64,000 nucleotides of DNA from an uncultured bacterium (GCA_965662845.1 CBFIJD010000004.1:20986-84985), one strand, 5' to 3'; shown: positions 1 to 9,531, counted from the first letter of the stretch. Numbers and translations are program-made. Notes: generated from the sequence alone by a model not told the origin.

Positions 1-22
1 CAACTCAACGGATGGAGACTTT

Positions 23-547
23 ATGGATCGTAAGAAAAAGCTCAAATTTGCCGCCGGTGTTGTCGGCACGCTCTCGGTCGGTACGCTGGTGTTGGCGAAT
101 GTGATGGTTCCTGAACTAAATCCACCGCAGCGCCACACAGGGCACATCGTCTCGGCAAAGGCTGACGCCGTCTTACGGCAGGCGTGCTTTGACTGTCACA
201 GCAACGAGAGCACGTGGCCGTGGTACGCCAATGTGCCCTTCGTCTCTATGCTGGTCGCGCACGACATCAAAGATGGCCGGGAGGAGTTGAACTTTTCGGA
301 GTGGGACAGCTACTCCGAAGGGCGCAAGCACCACAAACTCGCGGAGTCGATCGAAGAGATGGAAGAAGGCGAGATGCCGATGTGGGTGTATACCCTCACG
401 CATCCGGAAGCGGAGCTAAGTCCCGAGCAGATCGCTATGCTGCGTAGCGAAATCAGAGCTCGCTACGGCAACGTTGAGGAGTCTTCTCGGCGTGGACATT
501 CCGACGACCACGACGACCATGACTACGACGACCATGACTACGACTAA
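23..547 (+). CDS. Heme-binding domain protein (c-type cytochrome, Haem_bd-like) with His/Asp-rich tail
   Basis: N-terminal TM segment, CxxCH motif (CFDCHSN), WPWY..V..V motif, C-terminal GHSDDHDDHDYDDHDYD. Confidence 0.85.
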   Translation: MDRKKKLKFAAGVVGTLSVGTLVLANVMVPELNPPQRHTGHIVSAKADAVLRQACFDCHSNESTWPWYANVPFVSMLVAHDIKDGREELNFSEWDSYSEGRKHHKLAESIEEMEEGEMPMWVYTLTHPEAELSPEQIAMLRSEIRARYGNVEESSRRGHSDDHDDHDYDDHDYD

Positions 548-568
548 CCCTTCATATTAAAGAGAACA

Positions 569-1030
569 ATGCGCACTCAATCTTTCGCGTTCCTCACAGC
601 GCTAGGCTGCTTGCTTGGCGGAACCCCAACCTTCGCTCAGGAAGACCTCGCTCGCGGCCAGCAAGTCTACGAGACCGTCTGCGCCGCGTGTCACAATCCA
701 GAGCTGATTCCTCCGCAGGGACCGCCCATGTTTGGAGTGCAGCGGCGCTATCTCAAGCAGTATGGCGAGGCCAACTTCAGCGCTCGGATGATCGACTTTG
801 TGCAGCACCCTACCATGGAAAAAGTCGTCATGAAGAAGTCCGCCGCCAGTTTAGGATTGATGCCTGCGATGCCGCTCCCTGAGGCCGATCTGAGAGCCGT
901 GGCAGCGTTCATCCGCGAGAACCAGTGGGAGCCTCCTTGCACGCACTGGGAGCACGCAATCGCTCATCAAAGCGGAGGCGGTAACCACTCCCGCAACGAG
1001 CAGCGCAACTACAACCGCCTCTGTCGCTAA
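569..1030 (+). CDS. Monoheme cytochrome c
   Basis: Signal peptide, CAACH, APPM-like GPPMFGV, distal Met in GLMPAM. Confidence 0.85.
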   Translation: MRTQSFAFLTALGCLLGGTPTFAQEDLARGQQVYETVCAACHNPELIPPQGPPMFGVQRRYLKQYGEANFSARMIDFVQHPTMEKVVMKKSAASLGLMPAMPLPEADLRAVAAFIRENQWEPPCTHWEHAIAHQSGGGNHSRNEQRNYNRLCR

Positions 1031-1143
1031 GAGCAGCTCACGCCCCCCTCCCCAATGACAGAGATCCTGATGTCTCCTTTGCAAAGCCACCTCAGTGGCT
1101 TTATGCTGGCAAACAAGAGTAAATTTTCACCGAAGGAGGCCCC

Positions 1144-1539
1144 GTGATTGACTTCCCTGCTCCCGAAAGCATCAACGAAGATAACCTCGTCCCAAAGATG
1201 CGACAAATCGCCCAAGCCATGCTGGAATCACATCAACAGACAAAGGACGAGCTGTCTGCCCTGCGCGAGCGTGACCTGCTGCTCTATGAAGAGGTCAAGC
1301 AGACCAACGTAGAGCTCAAGCAAACCAACGTACGTATTGACCAAACCAACGATGAGCTCAAGCAAACCAACCAACGGCTAGATCACCTGACCGAAGAGGT
1401 CCAAGGCTTGCGCACAGAGGTTCAAGGCTTGCGCACAGAAGTTCAAGGCTTGCGCACAGAGATGACAGTCGGATTCAATCAATTGGCCACTCAACTCAGC
1501 AACATCGCGTCCATTCTCAAAAAGGAAGATGCGCGCTGA
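1144..1539 (+). CDS. Hypothetical coiled-coil protein with heptad repeats
   Basis: GTG start after GGAGG RBS; (E)LKQTN and LRTEVQG heptads. Confidence 0.65.
   Translation: MIDFPAPESINEDNLVPKMRQIAQAMLESHQQTKDELSALRERDLLLYEEVKQTNVELKQTNVRIDQTNDELKQTNQRLDHLTEEVQGLRTEVQGLRTEVQGLRTEMTVGFNQLATQLSNIASILKKEDAR
1291..1374 (+). repeat. Four imperfect 21-bp tandem repeats in coiled-coil CDS
   Basis: gaggtcaagcagaccaacgta / gagctcaagcaaaccaacgta / cgtattgaccaaaccaacgat / gagctcaagcaaaccaaccaa. Confidence 0.75.
1396..1458 (+). repeat. Three near-perfect 21-bp tandem repeats in coiled-coil CDS
   Basis: ga(g/a)gt(c/t)caaggcttgcgcaca x3. Confidence 0.9.
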
Positions 1540-1646
1540 AACAAAGCCTCTCCCCAGCAGACTCCCTGCTAACTTTCCTCGCTTTTTGTCCAAGGTTCTG
1601 TAATCATCTCGCCGCATTATTTTGACTCCTCACACTTCTCTTCAGC

Positions 1647-2036
1647 ATGTACACAGCGGAACAACCCACATTGCTAAAGCGGTTCGGCAGCCTCTGCCTT
1701 GGGCTGTTTTTGTTGGGGTGGCTCTGTTTGGTTCCTCTCCATGTACAACATGAAGCCGGCTTCCGCGCTCCAGACGGGACATTTGTTTCTGCAACGCTCG
1801 CCGCGCAGCTCGATTGCCTACCGTTTCCGCTCTCGCCGGAAGACACGTCGCCTCCCACAGAATGTCCAGTGCTGCAACTTTGGAACGCTGGGCACGCGCC
1901 TCTGTCAACGTCTCTCCCTCCGACGCTTCCTCCAGAGCTATTGCAACAACCTGCGGCTCTCTCCCTAGAGACACAAAACGCGCTCGCCGCTCACCCGCAA
2001 CACAGCCCTTCGCTCCGCGCTCCTCCTGTCATCTGA
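1647..2036 (+). CDS. DUF2946/CruR-like leader protein ending in RAPP motif
   Basis: N-terminal hydrophobic segment followed by HVQH, two Cys (LDCL, ECPV), Pro-rich linker, C-terminal SLRAPPVI; lies upstream of a transporter operon. Confidence 0.65.
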   Translation: MYTAEQPTLLKRFGSLCLGLFLLGWLCLVPLHVQHEAGFRAPDGTFVSATLAAQLDCLPFPLSPEDTSPPTECPVLQLWNAGHAPLSTSLPPTLPPELLQQPAALSLETQNALAAHPQHSPSLRAPPVI

Positions 2037-2176
2037 ATTCCTGCGCTTTATTTTTTTCGTCTGTCACGCGCTCCTTCCCGTCTAGCCAGGTGCTCTCCCT
2101 CGTCTTGTACGGAAGATTGCGCCGCGTTGCCGTTGTTGCAGGGCAGACCTCATTTTTACTCTCTTGATGAACAGGC

Positions 2177-3142
2177 TTGATGAAAACAACGTATCGCGGG
2201 GCGCTATGGGCCTTGCTGGTGTGGGGGATTGGCCTGACGAACGTGTCCGCGAAACTCCCCGAACTTCGTATCGCCGGTCCAGTCTCAATGACCTCGCATC
2301 CGCTACTCTACTTAAAAGAATCTGGCGCGTGGGATGACGTCGCTGAGAACATGACCTTTCAATTTTGGAAAACCCCTGAACAGCTGCGTGCGCTCGTTAT
2401 TCGTGGCGAGGTCGACATCGCCGCGATGCCTTCGAATGTTGCCGCTCAGCTGCACAACAAAGGGGTAAATGTGCGACTGGTGATGAGCGCGGTCTCAGGA
2501 ATGCTCTGGGTGGTCTCCTCCGAAGCAAAACACCAGCGTTTTGCCTCCATGCGTCAGACCGACTTCGCGCTACCATTTCGCGGCAATATGCCTGAAGCGC
2601 TCTTTGTGACGCTGCTGGAACGGGAAAAGCTCGTCAAAGCCGATCTGCGGCTGCGCTACACGCCAGGGCTTTTGGATGCCGCGCAGCTGGTGATTGCTCA
2701 ACAAACGACACACGCGCTGCTTGCTGAGCCAACGGCGTCCTTAGCTCTGCGCAAAAATCCTGCTCTGCATCGCAATTTCAGTCTTCATCAGCGCTGGGAG
2801 GTGGAATTTCCCCAAGCCCCGTCGATGCCCCAAGCGGTGGTCGCAGTCGTTGATCCGCGCCCCGAGCTGGCTGCAGTCCTCGCACAACTTCCGCAGCAGT
2901 ACGCTGACGTCGTCCACTTGGGGAGGACCTCTCCTGCAGCGGTGATCCCGCTGGTACGCCGAGCGCTCCCACAGCTCGAAGCGGCGGTGTTACAAGAGGC
3001 GTGGCAACACACGCGCTGGCAACCTCTTCCCGCTTCAGAAGCCCGAGCGCACTTGGAACCCTTCTATCAACGGCTGTTGGAGGTCGAGCCCCGCTTGCTT
3101 GGCGGGAAGCTCCCTGCGGACTCGTTTTATCAGCCCCAGTGA
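2177..3142 (+). CDS. ABC transporter substrate-binding protein, NitT/TauT (SsuA-like) family
   Basis: Signal peptide; LRALVIRGEVDIAAMPSNVAAQL and ALLAEPTAS motifs; followed by permease and ATPase. Confidence 0.85.
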   Translation: MMKTTYRGALWALLVWGIGLTNVSAKLPELRIAGPVSMTSHPLLYLKESGAWDDVAENMTFQFWKTPEQLRALVIRGEVDIAAMPSNVAAQLHNKGVNVRLVMSAVSGMLWVVSSEAKHQRFASMRQTDFALPFRGNMPEALFVTLLEREKLVKADLRLRYTPGLLDAAQLVIAQQTTHALLAEPTASLALRKNPALHRNFSLHQRWEVEFPQAPSMPQAVVAVVDPRPELAAVLAQLPQQYADVVHLGRTSPAAVIPLVRRALPQLEAAVLQEAWQHTRWQPLPASEARAHLEPFYQRLLEVEPRLLGGKLPADSFYQPQ

Positions 3143-3882
3143 AGTCCTTCTCAGCCCAGCTGCTGTGGGGAGGATGCGGAGCCCTTGCGCTGACCGCAGG
3201 CTGGTTCGCCGCCGCGTGGTGGTCTCCCCTGTTAGTGCCAACGCCGGATGCGACCGCCTTTCGTATGGTGGAGCTGTTTCAAACGACCTACTTTCACGAA
3301 CACTTCTGGATCACGATGTTGCGCATGCTCGGCGGCGCGACACTAGGGCTCCTCTTGGGGATCGTTCTCGGCATTCCAGCCGGCTTGAGCGGAGCCTTCC
3401 GCGCCTTTGTAGAGCCGTTACGTTGGGCGGCAAGCGGGGTTCCTCCCATTGTGTTGGTCTTGCTCATGATGTTGTGGCTGGGAATGGGCACCCCGATGGT
3501 GCTCACGCTCGCCGGTGTGTTGTTGAGCCCGGTGGTTTATGTGAACACCTTGCGCGGCATGGAACGCGTCGATCCGCAACTGCGAGAGATGGCGCGCGTG
3601 TTTCGCTTCACTCCCCGCCAATGGCTCACGCAAATCTATCTGCCCGCCTTAGCTAGTCCCCTCGCGGCCTCCGCGACGTTGGTCTTGAGCACCAGTGCTC
3701 GGGTCGTTGTGATGGCCGAAGTCCTCGGCGCAAACGAGGGCATCGGGTATGCGGTGTCCCTCGCACGCACACACTTGGAGGTCGCAGAGTTGTTTGCGTG
3801 GATCGTCGTCAATCTCTTGCTGATCGGTGCCTTAGAGAACCTGCTGCTCCGCCCTCTACAACAGAGAGTGGAGCGATGGTAG
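3139..3882 (+). CDS. ABC transporter permease, NitT/TauT family
   Basis: GTG overlaps upstream stop (GTGA); multiple TM segments; EAA-like loop LREMARVF; AEVLGANEGIG motif. Confidence 0.88.
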   Translation: MKSFSAQLLWGGCGALALTAGWFAAAWWSPLLVPTPDATAFRMVELFQTTYFHEHFWITMLRMLGGATLGLLLGIVLGIPAGLSGAFRAFVEPLRWAASGVPPIVLVLLMMLWLGMGTPMVLTLAGVLLSPVVYVNTLRGMERVDPQLREMARVFRFTPRQWLTQIYLPALASPLAASATLVLSTSARVVVMAEVLGANEGIGYAVSLARTHLEVAELFAWIVVNLLLIGALENLLLRPLQQRVERW

Positions 3883-4481
3883 CCCTCACCATTCAAGGCT
3901 TGTCACATCGCTACGCCACGCGACCCATTCTGCACAATTTTGAACTAGCGGCGAATGCAGGCTCGGTTGTGTCGATTTTAGGGCCTAGCGGCTGCGGCAA
4001 AACGACGCTGTTACGTCTCATCGCAGGGCTGGAACCCATACAGACAGGGACGATCCTACACGCGGCGCAGCGCAGGGCCTTTGTGTTCCAAGAACCAAGA
4101 TTGCTGCCGTGGAAGAGCACTCTCGACAACCTACGCATCCCGCTTGAAGCCGCAGGCTGGGCTCCTTCCCAAGCTCAGCAAGAAGCTCAAGATTGGCTCC
4201 AGCGTCTGGAATTGCACAAAAGCGCAGGTTTGTTTCCGCGCCAGCTCTCCGGCGGAATGCAACGTCGGGTCGCGTTGGGACGCGCGCTGGCGGTTCAGCC
4301 AGACTTGCTGCTGCTCGACGAACCGCTGACGGGCCTCGATGAGGCCTTACGACACCGGATGTTAGACTTGATCGCGCACACACAGAGCGCTCTGCACACC
4401 ACCATGCTGTATGTGACGCATCAACGCCGCGACATCCAACGCTGGCAGGGATCGGTCGTCGAAATGCGACCTCTTCCTTGA
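3876..4481 (+). CDS. ABC transporter ATP-binding protein, NitT/TauT family
   Basis: Walker A GPSGCGKT, VFQEPRLLPW, signature LSGGMQRR, Walker B LLLLDEP. Confidence 0.92.
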   Translation: MVALTIQGLSHRYATRPILHNFELAANAGSVVSILGPSGCGKTTLLRLIAGLEPIQTGTILHAAQRRAFVFQEPRLLPWKSTLDNLRIPLEAAGWAPSQAQQEAQDWLQRLELHKSAGLFPRQLSGGMQRRVALGRALAVQPDLLLLDEPLTGLDEALRHRMLDLIAHTQSALHTTMLYVTHQRRDIQRWQGSVVEMRPLP

Positions 4482-4551
4482 AACCGAAGAGAGCCTCGCT
4501 CTCTTCTCTCATGGTTGTCTCTCTAGGCAACTTTTCTTACTCAGGAGTCCT

Positions 4552-5100
4552 ATGAAAAAGCTGTTTTTATTGATTTTTTTGCTCGCGCTCGCCCTCAGCG
4601 GGTGTACTCAAGCCACCACAGACCAACCCGCAGCCAAGCCCCAGTCCATTGCGGTCTCCGATCCGTGGATCCGCGCGGTTCCACCGAACGCGAGTAACTC
4701 TGCAGCCTACATGCGTCTGGAGAACCCGAACGCGAGAGACCAACAGCTCGTGGGAGCGTCTACCTCAATCGCGGAGACCGTGGAGATTCACAACATTGCT
4801 GAAGAGAACGGGATGATGCGGATGTTCCCTGTTGATGAGATCAACATCCCAGCGAACGGTGCGCAGGCGCTCACGCCAGGCGGATTTCACCTCATGTTGA
4901 TCGGTCTCAAACAGCCGCTAGAGCGAGGACAAGAAGTGCAACTTGAGCTGGAGTTTGCCGACCAATCCAAGCAGATCGTCACGGCGGAGGTGGGCGATGG
5001 GAGCCCAATGCAAAGCGAGCCTCACGGTCAGCATGGAGGAGCGGCGCACCATGACGGCATGGAGCACCATGGCGCGGCGGGGATGAAGCACGAAAGGTGA
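4552..5100 (+). CDS. Copper chaperone PCu(A)C lipoprotein
   Basis: Lipobox LSGC; PWIRAVPP..SAAYM; EIH-x10-MxM and GGFHLML Cu ligand pattern; His/Met-rich tail. Confidence 0.92.
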   Translation: MKKLFLLIFLLALALSGCTQATTDQPAAKPQSIAVSDPWIRAVPPNASNSAAYMRLENPNARDQQLVGASTSIAETVEIHNIAEENGMMRMFPVDEINIPANGAQALTPGGFHLMLIGLKQPLERGQEVQLELEFADQSKQIVTAEVGDGSPMQSEPHGQHGGAAHHDGMEHHGAAGMKHER

Positions 5101-5138
5101 GGAGGGGAGGGAACTCGTGGAGGAGCCGCAGCTGTGGA

Positions 5139-6602
5139 CTAGCTGCGTTCCACATACTTCACGAGGGTTTGCTCCAGAAGCAGGATCTCTAGGTGATTGA
5201 CTAGATAGTCCAGCATGATGTGACGCCACGTTTTTTTGCGGAATGTGTCGCTGAACTCCAGCATTTGCAGGCGTTCATCTAAAGATTTCAGTTGGTACTC
5301 ACGCTGCTGGAGCGTGTTCTCCAAGCGCAGCTGTTCACGCACCCAAATAGAGAGTTCTTGCAGCTCTCGGGTCGCGTCTCGACGTTGCACTTCAGGATCT
5401 TTTGGGGTGGACACCAGCTCTGTTGCCCAGCGATAAAAACCACTCTCTCTGGGGTAAACTTCATAGAGATTGACCGTCCGCGCAGCGCTATTTTTCTCTT
5501 GTTTGACCGGCCGCAACAGCTCACGGATCTCAACGGTAGAAGCCTTCAAATGCTCAATCAACCGGCGGCGTTGTTGCAACAATTGTTGATAGTGGCGCTC
5601 ATGCTCCTCGTCGGCGTCGTGAGGGTCGGTCTGTTCCATCGCTCGCACCTCGCGCTGCGTTTGCAGCAACAACTCCTTCCACTTTTGTCTTTTTCCTAAC
5701 AAGACCTCTGCCTGCTGCCGAATCTGCGCTTGCTGGGCCACCCGCTCCTCTTCCTTGCGGCTCAGCGTCTTCGTTTTATTGATCGCAACCACGACGGACA
5801 GCTGCTCTGCGCTCGCTTTCCATGGATTGATATATATCAAATCAAAATTTTCAAATTCCGGGACTTGAAACAGAAAGTCGGAAGAGCGCGCGGCTTGCTT
5901 GTGGTCTGACTCGGGTCGGTTGCTGAGGAAGCGATTGCGGATGTGCAACAAATCTTGCAGACGCATCGTCCGGACTCGATTCGGGCTGTAGCCGTGCTTG
6001 CCGATCGCTTGCGCCATGCGGTTGCCTAGGCCATCGACGATCAAAATTCGCAAGAGCGACTTCATCACGCCCTCTAACTGCTGCATACCGCTGATTTCCA
6101 CCACTGTGCGCTCAAAGAGCTTCACGACTCCTGGCAAATAGTAGGGCAACAACGGCTCAAACTTTGGTGTGATTGACTGCAAGATGCGCTGCAAGTTTTG
6201 CTGTCGGTGCTCCAAGTGATGCAGCTTCATGCCCCAGCGGAAAAACTTGGGGAAGGGTTGCTCCTCCTCCATCTGGGACTGAGCCTTCCGCAGCTTTTCG
6301 ATGCGTTCTCTCCAGAACGCCAGCTCAGGAAAGGCCTCCAGCGTCGAAGATGTCAGGGGTTCTGCGCGCAGATGGAAGCCCATTGTGCGCGGAGTGATGT
6401 CCTCTTGCGAGACCAACCTTGACCACTCATGCCAGTCCCATGAGACATCTGACTTGGGCATATTGCGCTCCACCGCGTACATGTGCAGATGCAGCTGCCC
6501 TTGGTTCACCTGAAAACGTCGCTGAATCTCATCTTTTAGCTCTTGATGCCAAGGTTCTGGCAAGGAGAGGCGTACCGTGGGTACGTAGTCAGGTATGTTC
6601 AT
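5139..6602 (-). CDS. Hypothetical protein, receiver-like core plus long coiled coil (paralogue of 6892-8337)
   Basis: 487-aa ORF with blocks shared with the divergent neighbour (ILIVDGLG, PEFENFDLIYINPWK, LSRKEEE). Confidence 0.8.
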   Translation of the reverse strand: MNIPDYVPTVRLSLPEPWHQELKDEIQRRFQVNQGQLHLHMYAVERNMPKSDVSWDWHEWSRLVSQEDITPRTMGFHLRAEPLTSSTLEAFPELAFWRERIEKLRKAQSQMEEEQPFPKFFRWGMKLHHLEHRQQNLQRILQSITPKFEPLLPYYLPGVVKLFERTVVEISGMQQLEGVMKSLLRILIVDGLGNRMAQAIGKHGYSPNRVRTMRLQDLLHIRNRFLSNRPESDHKQAARSSDFLFQVPEFENFDLIYINPWKASAEQLSVVVAINKTKTLSRKEEERVAQQAQIRQQAEVLLGKRQKWKELLLQTQREVRAMEQTDPHDADEEHERHYQQLLQQRRRLIEHLKASTVEIRELLRPVKQEKNSAARTVNLYEVYPRESGFYRWATELVSTPKDPEVQRRDATRELQELSIWVREQLRLENTLQQREYQLKSLDERLQMLEFSDTFRKKTWRHIMLDYLVNHLEILLLEQTLVKYVERS

Positions 6603-6891
6603 GCGTTGCGCTCAAGCGTCCCTTGGTTGTGGTCCAGACGGATGTTCGTGAAGTTCAGAGGTTGACTGCCCAGAATCTTGCAAACTTTCAACATTATGTC
6701 ACACTCCAGCGATTTCCGCTCTGCGTTCGCCTCCTCGCTGGCTTCCTGATCTCTTTCAGCGGGGTGGCTTCCATGTGCTCTTTCAATGCGTGGTTGAACA
6801 TCTGGTCATTCAAGAACACGCCGTCAGGAGTTCCCACAACCGATGGGGAGGGGAACTGAACCACTTCTTCTACGCTTCTCTTCAGCAAAGC

Positions 6892-8337
6892 ATGCCCGAT
6901 TCACTGCTGGTCTCACTGCCGCAAATCTGGTTCGACAACTTACAACAAGAGTTACAACGGCGCCTGCAACGCCAACGACTCCCCGCTCAGATCCAAGCGC
7001 ACCGCCCCGGCAAGCCGCTGTCGCCCCGCGCTCAGGTGTTTTGGCTTTGGTATGACGATGACTTTCAAGGACAAACCAAGCCTTCAGGGTTGAAAATTCA
7101 GCACAAGTCCGCGTTCACGCCGCCCACACAAATCAGCCAGCTTCCGGCACAACAACAAGTGTGGTTGCGACGCCTCAAGCGCTTGCACAAGCAACTTTTG
7201 GAACGCAAACCCGACAGCGACTTTCTCAAGTTCTGCGGCAGCAGCGTGGGATATTTCCGCAAAGCCGAGAAACACTGGCAGCAAAATCAAGTCCTGCAAT
7301 CGTTAGCCCCTAAAGTAGAGCCCTTTGAGGGACTCTATTTTGACGCGTTGGGGCAAGCTTTGGATGAAGCCATTCTCCGCGCCACCGGTATCACGACGAT
7401 GGAAGAGGTCGTGCGCACTCTGGTCAAGGTGCTGGTCATTGACGGCATGGGAGGGCTGGTGCCAGAAAATCTTCAGGCGCGCGGCTACCGCAGCCCCCGC
7501 ATTTCAACAATGAGCCTCTTCCAGCTGCGGCAGCTCTGGCAAAAACAACAACCTGAGATTGCAGAGATTGACGTGCACGCGCTCTCGCCAGCCGTCTTCC
7601 AACAGCCTGAGTTTGAGAAGTTTGATCTCATCTTGGTCAACCCTTGGAAATTCAAAGACGATGGCCTACCCGTCGCGGTCTTCGCGAGAACCTCCGGCAA
7701 CCTGAGCCGCAAGGAAGAGCAACAGGCCTCCCAACACTTTGAAAATCAGCGCAAACTCGAAGAGCTGAAAGGGCGACGTCAGCGCCATGAAACCCAACTC
7801 AACGCCGTCGTGCAGCAACTTCAATTGATTGAGAATACAGGCCGCACGCAAAGTCGGGGAGACGAACAACACTACCGACAGTTGCTTGGGGATCGCAAAA
7901 AGCTCACCTTGCAGCTCCGTCGCGACACGCTGCGCATCAAAGAGCTGAGCAAACAGGTCGACACCCGCCCGCGAGAGAATTTGGATGTGGTCAATTTGTT
8001 AGAGGCTTTCCAAACCACGGGATCTTTTGCCAACCGCGCCGCGACGCTGCTGAAAAGCTCGTTCACGTCGCCCAAAGATGACCCGCACAGCCCCCAAGCC
8101 CAGCTCAAGCGCATGTCGGTGTTTATGCGCCAACGCGAGCGGATTGAAGCGACGATGCATCAGCTTCATGGAGAAATGCAAACCTACGAGGACAAGCTCC
8201 AACAGTGGACCGATCACCGCTTTCGGGGTGCCGATCAGCGACCTTGGCGCCGCCCTTTTTTGGAGAACCTCTTAGACCTGTTGGAAGTCGCCGCCTTGCG
8301 AGAAATGTTGGCGCAGACGCTCCCTCCCGATGCGTAA
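6892..8337 (+). CDS. Hypothetical protein, receiver-like core plus long coiled coil (paralogue of 5139-6602)
   Basis: ATG at 6892 (MPDSLLVSLPQIW) aligns with the paralogue N-terminus (MNIPDYVPTVRLSLPEPW); VLVIDGMG, PEFEKFDLILVNPWK, LSRKEEQ. Confidence 0.8.
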   Translation: MPDSLLVSLPQIWFDNLQQELQRRLQRQRLPAQIQAHRPGKPLSPRAQVFWLWYDDDFQGQTKPSGLKIQHKSAFTPPTQISQLPAQQQVWLRRLKRLHKQLLERKPDSDFLKFCGSSVGYFRKAEKHWQQNQVLQSLAPKVEPFEGLYFDALGQALDEAILRATGITTMEEVVRTLVKVLVIDGMGGLVPENLQARGYRSPRISTMSLFQLRQLWQKQQPEIAEIDVHALSPAVFQQPEFEKFDLILVNPWKFKDDGLPVAVFARTSGNLSRKEEQQASQHFENQRKLEELKGRRQRHETQLNAVVQQLQLIENTGRTQSRGDEQHYRQLLGDRKKLTLQLRRDTLRIKELSKQVDTRPRENLDVVNLLEAFQTTGSFANRAATLLKSSFTSPKDDPHSPQAQLKRMSVFMRQRERIEATMHQLHGEMQTYEDKLQQWTDHRFRGADQRPWRRPFLENLLDLLEVAALREMLAQTLPPDA

Positions 8338-8493
8338 TTTTTCACACACCCGAGCGCGCGCAAAGTCCTTGCAAGGAAACGCTAAACGGCTGATATTGCA
8401 GTTCACTTCTGCCACAAACGCTCTCTCGGAGAGCCCTCATTGCAGGTTGCGCACAATGTCTGAGCCAGCCTCACCTAACACCTGAGAACCGCC

Positions 8494-9531
8494 ATGCTCA
8501 CTCCATTTGCCAAGACCAAACAACAGGTTCACGACTCCCTTCACTCGCTCGCCGAGACCTCTCCAGCTCACCTACGCACGGCGCTAGAGCGGTGCTATCA
8601 CCCCAACGCGCAGTGGCGCGGCGCGCATCCCTTCAACGAGCTGAGCGGAATTGACGCCATCGAGCAGCAGTTCTGGCAACCGCTGTTGCGTGCGTTTCCT
8701 GATTTGGAGCGCTGCGACTCCATCTTTGTCGGCGGTGTTTATGAAGGACGACACTACGTTGCCGCTGTCGGACACTACGTGGGCACCTTCGAGCAAGCGT
8801 GGGCGGGCATCCCCGCGACCCGCAACGCGGTCTCGCTGCGCTATGGAGAAGTCCACGAGCTGCGACAAGGACAAATCGTGCAGAGCAACGTGCTCATCGA
8901 CGTGCTGGATGTGATGCGCCAAGCCGGGCATCGGCTGCAGGCTCCGAGCTTAGGGGTCGAAGGGTTCTGGCACGGGCCCGCGACCGGCGATGGCATCCGC
9001 CTGCACGATAGCGCGCCTGCTCAGTCTCAGCGCAGTTTGGCGCTCGTGCTGGCGATGCAGAAATCACTTGGAGATTACGATGACACGCAAGGAACGGGAC
9101 GCGAAGGCTTGCTCACCATGCCCCAGAAGGAATACTGGCACCCGAAGATGATGTGGTATGGGCCTTGTGGAATCGGCACCACGCGTCGTCTGGAGGGCTT
9201 CGTAGACTTCCATCAGCTGCCGTTTCGCACGGCCTTCCCCAACCGCAGAGGGGGGAATCACTACATCCGTATCGGCGATGGCGACTATGCCGTCACCGGC
9301 GGCTGGCCTAGCGTTTATGGCGAACATCACGGCGACGGCTGGCTCGGAATGGCGCCCACCGGCAAGACCATCCAAATGCGCGTGATGGACTTCTATCGCT
9401 GCGACGGCAACCTGATTCGGGAAAACTGGGTGCCGATCGACATCCTGCACATTCTACTGCAAATGAACGTTGACCTGCTCGGTCGCCTCCAAGCGCGGTC
9501 CGCACTCAAAGCAGAACATGCGACTCATTGA
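8494..9531 (+). CDS. SnoaL-like/ester cyclase (NTF2 fold) protein, two tandem domains
   Basis: GIPATRNAVSLRYGE, WYGPCGIG, PTGKTIQMRVMDFYRCDGNLIRENWV motifs. Confidence 0.85.
   Translation: MLTPFAKTKQQVHDSLHSLAETSPAHLRTALERCYHPNAQWRGAHPFNELSGIDAIEQQFWQPLLRAFPDLERCDSIFVGGVYEGRHYVAAVGHYVGTFEQAWAGIPATRNAVSLRYGEVHELRQGQIVQSNVLIDVLDVMRQAGHRLQAPSLGVEGFWHGPATGDGIRLHDSAPAQSQRSLALVLAMQKSLGDYDDTQGTGREGLLTMPQKEYWHPKMMWYGPCGIGTTRRLEGFVDFHQLPFRTAFPNRRGGNHYIRIGDGDYAVTGGWPSVYGEHHGDGWLGMAPTGKTIQMRVMDFYRCDGNLIRENWVPIDILHILLQMNVDLLGRLQARSALKAEHATH

Noticed and set aside
1291-1458. CRISPR array
   Set aside because: The units are contiguous 21-bp in-frame repeats without spacers and encode heptads; no cas genes are present.
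4486-4506. GAAGAGAG/CTCTCTTC hairpin as an intrinsic terminator
   Set aside because: No U-tract follows and the downstream gene appears to belong to the same operon.
6694-6888. 64-aa ORF between the divergent paralogues
   Set aside because: TTG start, no clear RBS or motif; the region is more likely shared promoter DNA.
8366-8377. TCCTTGCAAGGA palindrome as operator of the catabolic cluster
   Set aside because: Single occurrence, not repeated before the internal gap at 11398-11509, and no regulator gene nearby.
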